Assembly (NCBI RefSeq): GCF_006345805.1
Contig: NW_021835354.1
Coordinates: 1-43,015 of the forward strand
From: Octopus sinensis
Taxonomy: Eukaryota
Length of the DNA: 43,015 nucleotides
Direction: 5' to 3'
Of this stretch, positions 10,643 to 21,844 are shown in pieces. Within the stretch, counting starts at the first letter, position 1, and every line of letters begins with the position of its first letter. The notes below the pieces were generated by a model. The model made no database searches, had not been told where the DNA came from, and was given only the letters and a program-made list of their open reading frames with translations. The position numbers were made by a program, and so were the translations under genes.

Positions 10643-11323
10643 TATAATTATATAAAGTAGTTATATTGAAGGATGCGGATAAACCCCACCAACACGCTAG
10701 AAATAGACGCCAAATGACTCTAAAAGACACGTCAATACTCCATTAGTGCAGGTTGTAAGCGGGCAGATGAAAAAATGGATAAGATATTTTGAAAATAAGG
10801 GTTAATTGTGAATCGATTTCTAGCTTGGCGTTATAAAAACACCCTGCTGTCATCAGTACAATATACCAAAGTATATAGATGCATTAACGCTATTTCATCC
10901 TTAATTGTATAAAATATATATATTTTGCTCCTGATCAAATTGCATTCGCTGCGAGATTATTTTGATAGAAAATGCACGTGATTGAGATGAGAAAAGAATT
11001 AGATCTTTTTTACTAGTGTATACATGTAAATGTATGTATATGGTTGTGCGGATATGTTCGTATGCATTTGGATAGATATTTGCATCTTTATATTTTGGCA
11101 TATTGTGCAGATGGCAGCAGGCTGTTTTTATAACGTTAAGCTAGAAATCGATTTACAATTAACCCTTATTTTCAAAAAATCTTATCCATTTTTTCATCTG
11201 CCCGCTAAAACAACCTCTGCTAATGGAGTATAAATGTGGGTTTTAGAGCAATTTGGCATCTTTTTCTAGCGAGTTGGTGGAGTTTATCTGCATCCTTCAA
11301 TATAATTATTTTATATAATTATA
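10643..11323. mobile_element. Large fold-back element with two divergent hammerhead-bearing arms
   Basis: Arms at about 10643-10883 and 11081-11323, clearly similar by eye, with a spacer of about 200 bp. Confidence 0.75.
10805..10862 (-). ncRNA. Putative minimal type I hammerhead ribozyme
   Basis: AUUGUA-CUGAUGA-[29 nt stem II]-GAAA-UCGA-UU-CACAAU, with palindromic AUCGAU as stem III and stem I AUUGU/ACAAU. Confidence 0.55.
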
Positions 11324-11604
11324 AATTAGTAGAAAATGTTACCTACAAGGTTTTTATTTCACGCTAGCCCTTGATAAAAATCATTAAAGCAATTTTATCC
11401 TTAATTTTAAAGTATATTAGTTAATCCCAAACTCGAGTTTCCTTATTAATAAAAAAATTAATTAATTTGTCATCCGTAGTTCGTCAGTGAGATAGCTAAA
11501 GCAATACAAGACTTATGTAGCAATAACACAATATCGTTTCAACTAAAATCTGAAAGTGATAATTCTTTTATCAGCATGCCTTTAGAATTATTTTTCGTGA
11601 TTAG

Positions 11605-11820
11605 GCTTAACTGCCCTTTCTAGCATGTAAGCAGTCCTGCTGTAGGTCTTCTCTTTGTGTATATAATTTTCTTGTTTTCTTAAGCATTCTCTAGAACAAT
11701 ATTATGTGCAAAACCAAATATATGACACCAAAATATAACTTGTCTTTTGAGGCCTATGGATGAGACTTGGAATCAACGTGTACAAATACAAAGCAAAATT
11801 CAAACATAATAATAATAATC
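11605..11820 (+). mobile_element. R4/Dong-type 3' UTR fragment with (AAT)n tail
   Basis: Highly similar to 14925-15090 (TTCTCTAGAACAAT...CAAATACAAAGCAAAATTCAAACAT). Confidence 0.7.
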
Positions 11821-12372
11821 ACACGGCTGGTCGTGGCTGACGCCTCTGGATCGCAGAGAGCATTTTCTCCTGGGATTAGCTTCGCATCGAAGCGGTTTCT
11901 CGTGTCCGAGTGCGCTTGATCGTGTTGAACAAGCTTTTACACGAATACACACACACATATATATATATATACATACATATACACACACATATATCACTTA
12001 ATGTACACATTATAAATATACGAGCTACAAATTGTGTCTTGTTTGGAGACGCGGATCCAGACAGGTTTGTATAACACGCTTCCCGTCTCTAAGCAATGTT
12101 CAGACTTTGTGACTACATGATCTATTGAATTTGCAAATCAGGACACTGATTTGCATGAGAAATCAAATGAAAAGAAAAAAAAACCAGAAGAAAGTAGATG
12201 CAAAAAGCGGAAGAATGAATAACAACACAAAGAGAAAAGAATACGCATGTGTGAGTGTTTGTATAAGAGAGAAATGGTAAGCATGAGATCGATACCCCAC
12301 CCTAGGAATACCAGCCTGCGTAAGTACTACAGGCGATGTAGATCGTTAAAATTCGTTACTTTGAAAGTTCTC

Positions 12373-12521
<149 letters not shown>

Positions 12522-12888
12522 TTTTTTTTCATTTCTCTTTTCTTTTGTTCCTTTTTCTTTTTTTATTTTAATTTTTGTTTTATTTTTTGTTCTTTTTTTC
12601 CCTTTTACGATCCCTTTTGATCGAAAACCTACGCCACCTTTTTTTTTGTTTCTTTTGCTTTTTGTTTTTTTTTTTTTTCATCCCCCAAAAGAAAAGCTCT
12701 ACCTTGTAACTTGTCCCATCTGTGTGCAGCCCTGTGTGGCCAATAAAGAAACTTATCTATTTGAGTATGAGGGGAAAAAAGGCAAACATGTGGTTGGTAT
12801 TCTACCCAAGGGTATTACCTGCACAAGCGAAGCAGTTGTGGATCGTTAAAAGTCTTTACTTCAAACCACACACACACACATACACTCA

Positions 12889-12923
<35 letters not shown>

Positions 12924-13469
12924 GCACACGCTTCGTGCCACAATCGAACAGAATATATGAGAGACTGAAGAAATTTCCTTATTTTGCATAATTTTCACCT
13001 CCTCTAATTTCACGCTTCAGACGTTACTTGCGAAGTTTTTTGGCGTCAATATTGATGGTGGTGGTATGTATGCGTACGAACTACAAGTCTTAGTTGTGGT
13101 AGCGGTGGTAGTAGTGGTAGTAGTGGTAGTAGCCGTAGACATTGACTCTTTCTTTGTGTACGTATTGTTGTTCGAGTGGCTCTCCCCATCTCTCTCTGTC
13201 TATCTATGTCCCACTTTCTCTCCCTCTACATCTCTCTTCCTCTCACTCCCCCTCACTCTCCCCCACTCCATTTACAATCTAACGTGTGGATGTATTGATG
13301 CATGTATCATTATATATGATTGTCTACGCGTATGTATGTATGTGTCTGTGTGTGTATATGTGTGTCTGTGAACCAGTGTATGTATATACACATACATGCA
13401 TGCAGATATGCATACATACACACCCATACATATAAATCCATTCTCATTGTTCGATACTGACGTGTGTGC

Positions 13470-13472
13470 GTG

Positions 13473-13505
<33 letters not shown>

Positions 13506-14130
13506 GAATATATATATATATAAATGTATATATATAATATATATATTATATATATATATATACATGCATATATATTACATATATGTGTGTATATGTGTGT
13601 AGTGTAATGGTATGATTTATTGTGTTCTTATGGTGTGTATTTATATATATTTCTATATATGTATATATATATATATGTGTATATATATATGTATATATAT
13701 ATGTATATGTATATATACATCTATATATATATATCTATATATATATGTGTATTTATATATATATATATGTGTATATATATATGTGTATGTATATATGTAT
13801 ATATAGATATGTATATATATATATGTATATATATATGTATGTAGTTTCTATGTACGTGTTTATGTATATGTGTATGTATATATGTACTTGTGTATATGTC
13901 ACGGAGTTTAAGTATTCTTATGTTTGTGTATACATTTCTGTGTACGTACGAATGTATGTACGTACGTACTTATATATGTATGTTAATGCATATATGTATG
14001 TATGTATGTATAAATGTATGTATGTAGTCTGTATGTACGTATTATGCATATACATATGTATACATATGTACGCATGCAGAAAAAGTCTCTGTGTGTGTGT
14101 GTGTGTGTGCGTGTGTGTGTGTGTGTGTGT
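13470..14130. repeat. Compound TA/TATG/TG low-complexity tract
   Basis: Seen directly; explains ORFs 13612-14230. Confidence 0.95.
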
Positions 14131-14397
14131 GTTTGGGGAAGAGCCAAAGGAGAGGTTAAGTTATATTACAGTAATATTTCAAATGGAATTGACTAAAACA
14201 AAAATACATCTTCAAATAATTTCACAATAAACGCTGCCAAAAAAAGAAAAAAAGAAGAATTAAATCTAAACAAAACCACCTAAAAAATGCAAGCAAAAAT
14301 AAAACAACTGAATTGCAATTAAACGTGTTAAAGCAAACGAAATGAAAGCGACGCCTATAGAAGACACACAACTCTATACATACATGTGTTTGTTTTA

Positions 14398-14610
14398 TCT
14401 TTTATTTGTTTCAGGAATGGGACTGCGGCCACGCTGGGGCACCGCCTTGAAGAAGTTTTAGTCGAATGAATCAATTTTTGTGCTTATTTTCTCCTTTCAA
14501 AGCGTGGTACTTATTCTCTAGGATTTTTTTCCCGAAGCGTTATGTTATGGGGGCTGAGACGTAAACACACCAACAACGGTTGTCAAGCGGTGGTAGGGGA
14601 CAAATACACA
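14398..14610 (-). mobile_element. SINE family A 3' portion
   Basis: ACTGCGGCCACGCTGGGGCACCGCC...GACGTAAACACACCAAC...GGTTGTCAAGCG. Confidence 0.8.
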
Positions 14611-14636
14611 CACACACACACGTACGATGGTCTTAT

Positions 14637-14840
14637 TTTATATGAATTGCTTCATAAAGTTTTATGTGCAGTGGGGACAAGGCGATGTTTTCTTATCAAC
14701 CATAGGGTCATTAAGGATGTTCTTGTCACCCGGCGTCAAACTGTTTCTTGGAGGCCATTCTTTTTTTACCCAGAATCCTTTGTAGTTCTTCTGTCCCAGT
14801 AGCACAGGAAACAAAGGTACTTCCATATCGACTTATTTCC
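14637..14840 (-). mobile_element. Chapaev3-type (CMC) transposase fragment, central part
   Basis: Minus strand CFLCYWDRRT.. WVKKEWPPRNSLTPGDKNILNDPMVDKK..PLHIK..MKQF, matching the CFLC.WDSR...PPLHIKLGLMKQF pattern as I recall it. The family name comes from memory. Confidence 0.75.
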
Positions 14841-14868
14841 ATATCTTCCACATCGACTTATTTCAGTT

Positions 14869-15151
14869 TCTGCCCATATGCTACGTATACTACTGTCTAT
14901 GTAAACTCAAATTTTCAAACAAACATAATTTTCTTGCTTTCTTAAACATTCTCTAGAACAATACTATGTGCAAAACCAAATATATGACAACAAAATATAT
15001 GATAGCTTGAACTTCTAACTTGTCTCTTGAGGTCTCTGGATGAAACTTGGAATCAACGAGTACAAATACAAAGCAAAATTCAAACATAACAACAACAACA
15101 ACAACAACAACAATAATAATAACAACAACAACAACAACAATAATAATAATA

Positions 15152-15190
<39 letters not shown>
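14869..15190 (+). mobile_element. R4/Dong-type 3' end: last codons, 3' UTR and (AAC/AAT)n tail
   Basis: SAHMLRILLSM* matches the TAHILRK..S.* ORF terminus. Confidence 0.8.
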
Positions 15191-15191
<1 letters not shown>

Positions 15192-15193
<2 letters not shown>

Positions 15194-15348
15194 TACCTGC
15201 AGACTAATAGAGGTAAGCGTCCCCACTGATAACAATATATCTGTTAAGGAATTCGACAAACTTAGTAAATATAAGGACCTGGAAATCGAAATACAAAAGA
15301 TGTGGAATCTTAAAACAAAAACTGTTCCTGTTATTGCAGATTAAAAGT
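15192..15348 (+). mobile_element. Internally deleted R4/Dong fragment (endonuclease segment joined to the extreme 3' end)
   Basis: 50 uninterrupted codons DTCRLIEVSVPTDNNISVKEFDKLSKYKDLEIEIQKMWNLKTKTVPVIAD, then CAGATTAAAAGT; (TAA)n on both sides. Confidence 0.9.
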
Positions 15349-15355
15349 AAATGAC

Positions 15356-15411
<56 letters not shown>

Positions 15412-15416
15412 TTACC

Positions 15417-15450
<34 letters not shown>

Positions 15451-15457
15451 TAATAAT

Positions 15458-15685
15458 AAAACAGACTGCTGAATTGTCAGTTTCTAGGCTGCAAGAGAAA
15501 AGGCCGCTTATTTATTGTAATGATGTTGAGGGGCTTCTTCTCAATATGAAACTGCTGGCGTGAATGGAGACTTTTTATTGACAGCCCCCAAAGCAGCTTA
15601 AAATGGGTTTACTTCAGAACGGGAATGTGCATGGCTCAATCCCAATAAGACAATATATAAAATTGAAAGAGGAATATGTTGACGT
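15458..15685 (+). mobile_element. Chapaev3-type transposase fragment, upstream part
   Basis: ELSVSRLQEK..LIYCNDVEGLL..EWRLFIDSPQSSLK..LLQNGNVHGSIPI...KLKEEY. Confidence 0.75.
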
Positions 15686-16320
15686 CGAATTACGAGTCTC
15701 CCCTCGGTGGAAACAGATATACTCCAACGTCAGTCATTCTGGTGGTTTACTGTCTGTTCGATGTCATATTTCTTTTCATCAGTGAACACCAGGTTGGGAC
15801 AGCGTACTATCAGCAACCTGACGCAGGATAAGACGTCTTCTCTACAGTGTCATGACCTTATAAACTCGCGTAGGCTCATAACTGCGGATCATCTTGTAGG
15901 GGTGGGTCCTATGATCCTCCTTCAGCACTCGATACATCAGTTTTCAGACGGAACGAGGAGGATTTCACCGAATCTTTTCTCTGGAACATTTGATAAGCTG
16001 AGAAGTCCGTACACTTCTTTTTCGGCCAGGCCCAGGTCAATCAGCGGTGGAACCAGTCTCTTGAAATTTCTTGACAATCTTCCAGACTGTTCGGTTAATT
16101 TTAAGCATTTTTGCTATAGCTGTATTACTTTCACCTACTTTGTGGAGAGGTATGATTGCATTTCGGTCTATAGCTATTATCTAATTTATAAATCTGAATT
16201 TATTTAGTCTGAAACAAAAAGAAGACACACTAAGCTTTTATAATGATTTATAATTTTCATATCTTATCACATTTATTGATAGTTATTAAAACTTGAAACT
16301 TCTGTTGCCTTAATTTATAC
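15683..16320 (-). mobile_element. Decayed Tc1/mariner, probably maT (DD37D)-like, 5' half
   Basis: Minus strand RNAIIPLHKVGESNTAIAKMLKINRT.VWKIVKKFQETGST...GRKRSVRT...NLVFTDEKKYDIEQTVNHQND; TIR-like AATTAAGGCAACAG near 16300-16320. Confidence 0.8.
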
Positions 16321-16328
16321 ATATATTT

Positions 16329-16386
<58 letters not shown>

Positions 16387-16561
16387 GATGTATGTATAAG
16401 TATATGATATGCATATATTCACACATATATGCAAAGATAGTTATATATGTACACATGCAGAATAAACTCAAAATATCATCTTAATTTTACTTATAGCCGG
16501 GAAGTATCTTCTCGGCTTTATATAGTATAGTTTAAATGCATAAATACTCCATCTATTGAGT

Positions 16562-16620
<59 letters not shown>

Positions 16621-16908
16621 GTATATACATATGTATGTACATGTTTGATTATATATATATATACATATATGAATACATGCATTTATACATTCATTATAGA
16701 CAGATAGATACACAATACATATACACACATATATATATACATGCACATATACATACATAGGTGTACGCAGACATCAACGACCAATATGCGACGCAGCTCC
16801 TCATGATTGCAACACAATGAAGATAGTAAATATTTGATTTGATACAGACGCCATTACTAGACTTGAAGTAGTAATAATAGAATTGCAGTCACAAAATTTC
16901 TTCTGATT

Positions 16909-16909
<1 letters not shown>

Positions 16910-16971
<62 letters not shown>

Positions 16972-16972
16972 T

Positions 16973-17012
<40 letters not shown>

Positions 17013-17203
17013 AATAATAATAGTAATAATAATAACATTAATAATAATGATAATAATAATGGTAAATAATAATAATAATATAATGATAATATAATAATAA
17101 TAATAATAATAACAATAATAATAACATTAATAATAATGATAATGATAATAATAATAATAACATTAATAATAATGATAATGATGATAATAATGATGATGAT
17201 AAT

Positions 17204-17262
<59 letters not shown>
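16910..17262. repeat. (AAT)n/(GAT)n compound microsatellite
   Basis: Seen directly. Confidence 0.95.
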
Positions 17263-17263
<1 letters not shown>

Positions 17264-17616
17264 AGAAACTAATTTTGCACAGTTAATGGGAAGCACTTGT
17301 AATAGTGTGTTTAAAGTAGATTTTGTAGCATTTGCTGCAGAAATCATTTGTGTTGTTGCTGTTGTTGTTGGTGTTGCTGTTGCTTCTGTACGCTACTTGA
17401 AGAAAGCGAATTTAACCGTGACTCGCTGCTTGTTAGACATTTTTGTAATTTTTTTACCCTTAGAAATGATAGTTTATTTGCCGACTAAGCATGGAATTCA
17501 TCTGCTAAAAATAATAAGTAAAAGATTTTTATAATTATTTGATACCTAGGAAAATACAAAATGTTTTGTTGGGTCAAATGAAATATGGTTCTATTTGAAA
17601 TTGTAAGTGAGTGGCA

Positions 17617-17931
17617 TTTCTTCGGTTACGAGGACGAGGGTTCTCATTGATTCGATCAACGGAACAACCCCCCTCGTGAAATCAACGTGCAAGTGGCTCG
17701 GCACTCCTTAAACAGATGTATCCCTAACGTAGTTCTCAGAGAGATTCAGTGTGATACAGAATGTGCGAAGGCTGGCCCTTTGAAATACAAGTACTACTCA
17801 TTTTTTGCCAGCTGAGTGGACTGGGCAATGTGAAATAAAGTGTCTTGCTCACGGTCACAACGCGTCGCCGGGAATTGAACTCACGACCTTACAATCGTGA
17901 GCCAAATACCCTAACCACTAAACCACGTGCC
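17617..17931 (-). mobile_element. tRNA-derived SINE family C, full length
   Basis: Reverse complement of 29296-29626, with head GCACGTGGTTTAGTGGTTAGGG...GAGTTCAATTCCCGGC. Confidence 0.9.
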
Positions 17932-18504
17932 TTTATGAAGTATTAAGTAAATTTTATCGAAATCCCACTTTGACTTTTCTTTGTTTTAAATAAAGAGATA
18001 TTTCTTAATCTAGTCTAAGGTTATAAGAATAACAGCCATTCATTTCCTCTAATATTATGGGCGGGGTTGATCTTCCAGAAAGCTACTATATCCTACTCCT
18101 TGGTTGGACTTTATCCAAGGATCTCTCTCGGAACAACTATATTCTGTCCATTGCTATATCAGCTTTCAAGAAGGTCGGACATCTCTTTTGTTGCTTTGAG
18201 CGGAGTTGATCTTCCGGAAAGCTCTTGGAACAAATATATTCTGTCCATTGCTATGCTAGCCGTCAACAAAGAAGTTGGATCTCTCTTCTGTGCTCGCAAA
18301 TTTTTACGCCTTATAGTGTCTTGTATCTCTATAAGCCACATTGGTTTCAAATTTGTGGCAAAATTTGAAACCATTATTATTTCTACTAGCAAACACACCC
18401 GTCCTTTGGACGGTTTAAGTTGCTTTGCTGGTATTTTTTTCACCAAATAATTGAACTACCGAGGAGATTTATGAGTTGTACGGTGATTTATGTTTTCGAT
18501 TAAC

Positions 18505-18749
18505 CTAGGAATCTCTCTCTATCCGCTCAGTCGAAGTCGACTCTCGGTCACTCGTTGGATCAGTGTCCTCCAGTCAGTTCTATCCCGGGCCGCTTCTTTC
18601 AGATTGGCTATGTCCATTCCGGTATCACTCTTGATGGTGTCAAGCCAGCGGGTTCTTGGTCGGCCTCTTCTTCTCTTGCCACTGACCATTCCGAGCATAA
18701 TGCCCTTCTCCAGGGATTTTTTCCGCATAATATGACCAAGGAATAGAAA
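18505..18749 (-). mobile_element. RTE-clade LINE 3' end, 5'-truncated
   Basis: Open frame FLGHIMRKKSLEKGIMLGMVSGKRRRGRPRTRWLDTIKSDTG...AARDRTDWRTLIQRVTESRLRLSG*. Confidence 0.92.
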
Positions 18750-19382
18750 ACCAAATTGAAGGCTGGTTACTCTGTAGGTCGTTGCACTTTAATGATCGTA
18801 GAACAAGCGATGCAAAGTAGAACTACTGAAGTGTTTTGGGTGCAGATTATGGATAATGACGACACAAAATAAGTTTGTTTACATTGAAAGCGAAATTCTT
18901 GTGCAGAACAGCCACATAAATGGTGTAAGGAAATTGAAGGAAGACGTTGAAATGTCTCCTCTTCGTGTTTATTTTATTCAAGAGCAAAGGGAGCTATTTT
19001 TTCGGAGGGAAGTATGATTGGTACGTTCAAAAATGGCAATATAATACCTACTTGAAAAAGTAGATTTAAAGGAATGTATTTGCTACGTGCTTACAGTGTT
19101 CGACCACTCTGAAACTGACTTCAGGTAACGGAAAATAAGGACGTGAAGAGTTTGACTTCAGTTCACGAATACTGCTTTGAATCCTTAGCAGTTCGCAGTG
19201 AAAAGATATCGCGTTCGAAACATCATTTTGGATGGGTAAATAAGCATCCTTAAAATAAAACAACGCATTGGTAGGTAAACAAAGGTATCAACAAATAGAA
19301 GAGAGGGAAGGGAACATCACCTTTCAAGTAACTCAGAATAGATAAAGGTAAGATTGCCAAAGTTTAATGCAGTTTAGATATA

Positions 19383-19530
19383 TTCTGAGATCAAATTCCG
19401 CCGAGGTCGACTTTGCCTTTCACCCTTTCGGGGTCGATAAATTAAATATCAGAGAAACACTGGGGTCAATGTTATCGACTAGCGCCCTCTCCGCAAATTT
19501 TAGGGCTTTTGCCATTAGTAGAAAGGATTA
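19383..19530 (+). mobile_element. SINE with family B core and alternative tail
   Basis: TCAAATTCCGCCGAGGTCGACTTTGCCTTTC core, then AAATTTTAGGGCTTTTGCC tail. Confidence 0.8.
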
Positions 19531-19594
19531 TTATTGTTAGAACTCCAGTATGGTCGTATTCCTACAAGTGAAACCGTTAAAAATCAAAAGAATA

Positions 19595-19737
19595 GGAGCA
19601 AACGACGAACCGGCAGAATCGTTAACGTGTCGGGCCAAATGCCTCTTGCTCTTTACGTTCTGGGTTCAAAATCTGATCATCGTACCCTCCTCCCACAAAA
19701 TCTCAGGACTTGTGCCTATAGCAGACAGAATTATTGT
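19595..19737 (+). mobile_element. Internally deleted family-B-like SINE
   Basis: Head CCGGCAGAATCGTTAACG...CGTTCTGGGTTCAAA joined to the AAAATCTCAGGACTTGTGCCT tail, with the core missing. Confidence 0.6.
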
Positions 19738-20132
19738 TAATGATTGGCAAGTTGATATATTTTATTAAAACATTTTTCGCTTTAATACGACATTTCTTTC
19801 TCTTTTAATATTTTTTTCTTCTTCTTCTTCTTCTAAATGAAATGAAAATGTAGTTTTATTTACGTTTTGCCGCCGACCTTATAATGATTGGAAATTAAAT
19901 TTTAATTCATTTTGTACAAAATATAGAGCAAAAAAAAAGCCAAAAAACAAAGACAAAGTAAGAAGAAAACAACGACACCCCCCCCCCACCGAAATATCTA
20001 ATACTTCTACATCGATATTAATCACAAGATGATCGAATATTCTTCATCAATATTAACAAGAGCGGCAATACCATCAACGAGAATATTTTAATCGACGTCA
20101 ACAAGATTGGCAAACGTCAACAACAACAATAA

Positions 20133-20166
<34 letters not shown>

Positions 20167-20534
20167 AATAATAAATGAGAACATTAAATTGTTCAATTAC
20201 CAATATGATATTTTCTGTTATCAGCAAAGACACAAACTACATTAAAGAGGAATAAAACTACATTCTATTAGTAAAAAAAACAAAAAACAGAAAAAGAACA
20301 AAAAAAAAACCAGTATAAACAACAATAAAAATAATAGGAAAATAAATAATAAAGAACAAAACAGAAATAGAAATAAATAATATAAAAATAAAAACAGGAC
20401 ACGTATTTTAATTATAACAAGTATGTACGTGTATATTTATATGTATTTCATGTACACACACACACACACATATTCGAATATTATATATTTTCGTATGTAG
20501 TATATGTTATTATATATTTTTATATATATATATT

Positions 20535-20582
<48 letters not shown>

Positions 20583-20759
20583 TAATATATATTCATGTGT
20601 ATATATATATATACACGCATATATATTTAATATATATATATATAAATATATAATATATACATATACTTATACGAAAATATATATATTCGAATATGTGTAT
20701 GTGTGTATGTGTACATGAAATACACATATATACGCATATATACACACACACACACACAT

Positions 20760-20803
<44 letters not shown>

Positions 20804-20804
20804 T

Positions 20805-21114
20805 GTAGTAGGATCTGATTTGAGGAAGATATGGTTGTATTTGTCGAAGGCTGAGCAATAGCACAGAACTTCCCGAACCGTACGCTGTTAAGGCCGGTTT
20901 CCCGGATTCTGTGGCGTGTATATTCCTCCTCACCACCCTCAACAAGACGCCAATTCTTCGCGGAATTACTCATTTTTGAGGTGAATGAACTGAAGAAACG
21001 TGAAATGAAGTGTTTTGCTCAAAAACGCAGCTCATCGCTCAGCCCAGCCCAGGAATCGAAACCGTAATCTTACGATCATATATGTGATACTCTAATCACT
21101 AAGCCACGCTCCTC
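20805..21114 (-). mobile_element. Old tRNA-derived SINE (family D)
   Basis: Minus-strand head GCGTGGCTTAGTGATTAGAG...GGTTTCGATTCCTGG. Confidence 0.7.
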
Positions 21115-21637
21115 TATACACACACACACTGACATTCACATACACAAACGCACACACATACATAAATATATACATACATACACACCGTGGTAAGAAACTC
21201 TGGAGTAAACTGAATAACAGATAGTCTTCAGAGAAGAAACTTCCCCCCAGGCAAGTGTTTCGACCCCTAACTTCTCAGACTCTAAGGAGACTGCATCCAG
21301 GTCATCAGTCATTGCTGGATGCCCTTCTGCTGACACGTTTTAGCCACTTATAATATCGGATATATATATATATATATATGAGGGAATATTATTCCAAACT
21401 TACAGGGAAAAATTCAAATTAGAAATACTAAATCAAATTTCACAAAATATAATATATATATATAAATTAGAAAAATTAGATAAAAACCACCTTTTATCAA
21501 TTCAAAATGAAAAATTAAATTAAATTACACCATCTAGAAAATTACATATAATAGAAAGATTAAATATAAGATAAAAAAGTATAATGATGATTAAGTAATA
21601 TGCAAAATAATAAATAAAACGTGTATATTTGGTAGAA

Positions 21638-21741
21638 TAACGACACGTGTTTCGTGGCTATATTTAAGAAATGATTGTAGTAAAAACATTAGTAGTAGTA
21701 GTAAAATCACTTCAATTTAAATATAGTCACTCGTCAGGTTA
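21638..21741 (-). ncRNA. Putative type I hammerhead ribozyme with extended stem II
   Basis: UAAC-CUGACGA-GUGACUAUAUUUAA...UUAAAUAUAGCCAC-GAAAC-ACGU-GUC-GUUA. Stem II pairs 13 of 14, stem III is palindromic, stem I is UAAC/GUUA. Confidence 0.75.
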
Positions 21742-21813
21742 AAGATAACTACAATAATAAAATAATTAATTAATAAATATACGTAAATAATCTTTTAAAA
21801 AATAAATATATTC

Positions 21814-21844
<31 letters not shown>

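Noticed and set aside
12130-12155. TGCAAATCAG-GACA-CTGATTTGCA hairpin and nearby minus-strand acceptor
   Set aside because: All three downstream frames hit stops; a lone 10 bp stem is not informative.
18780-19300. Possible decayed transposase or integrase (ATCLQC CxxC)
   Set aside because: A single CxxC with many stops; I could not assign a family.
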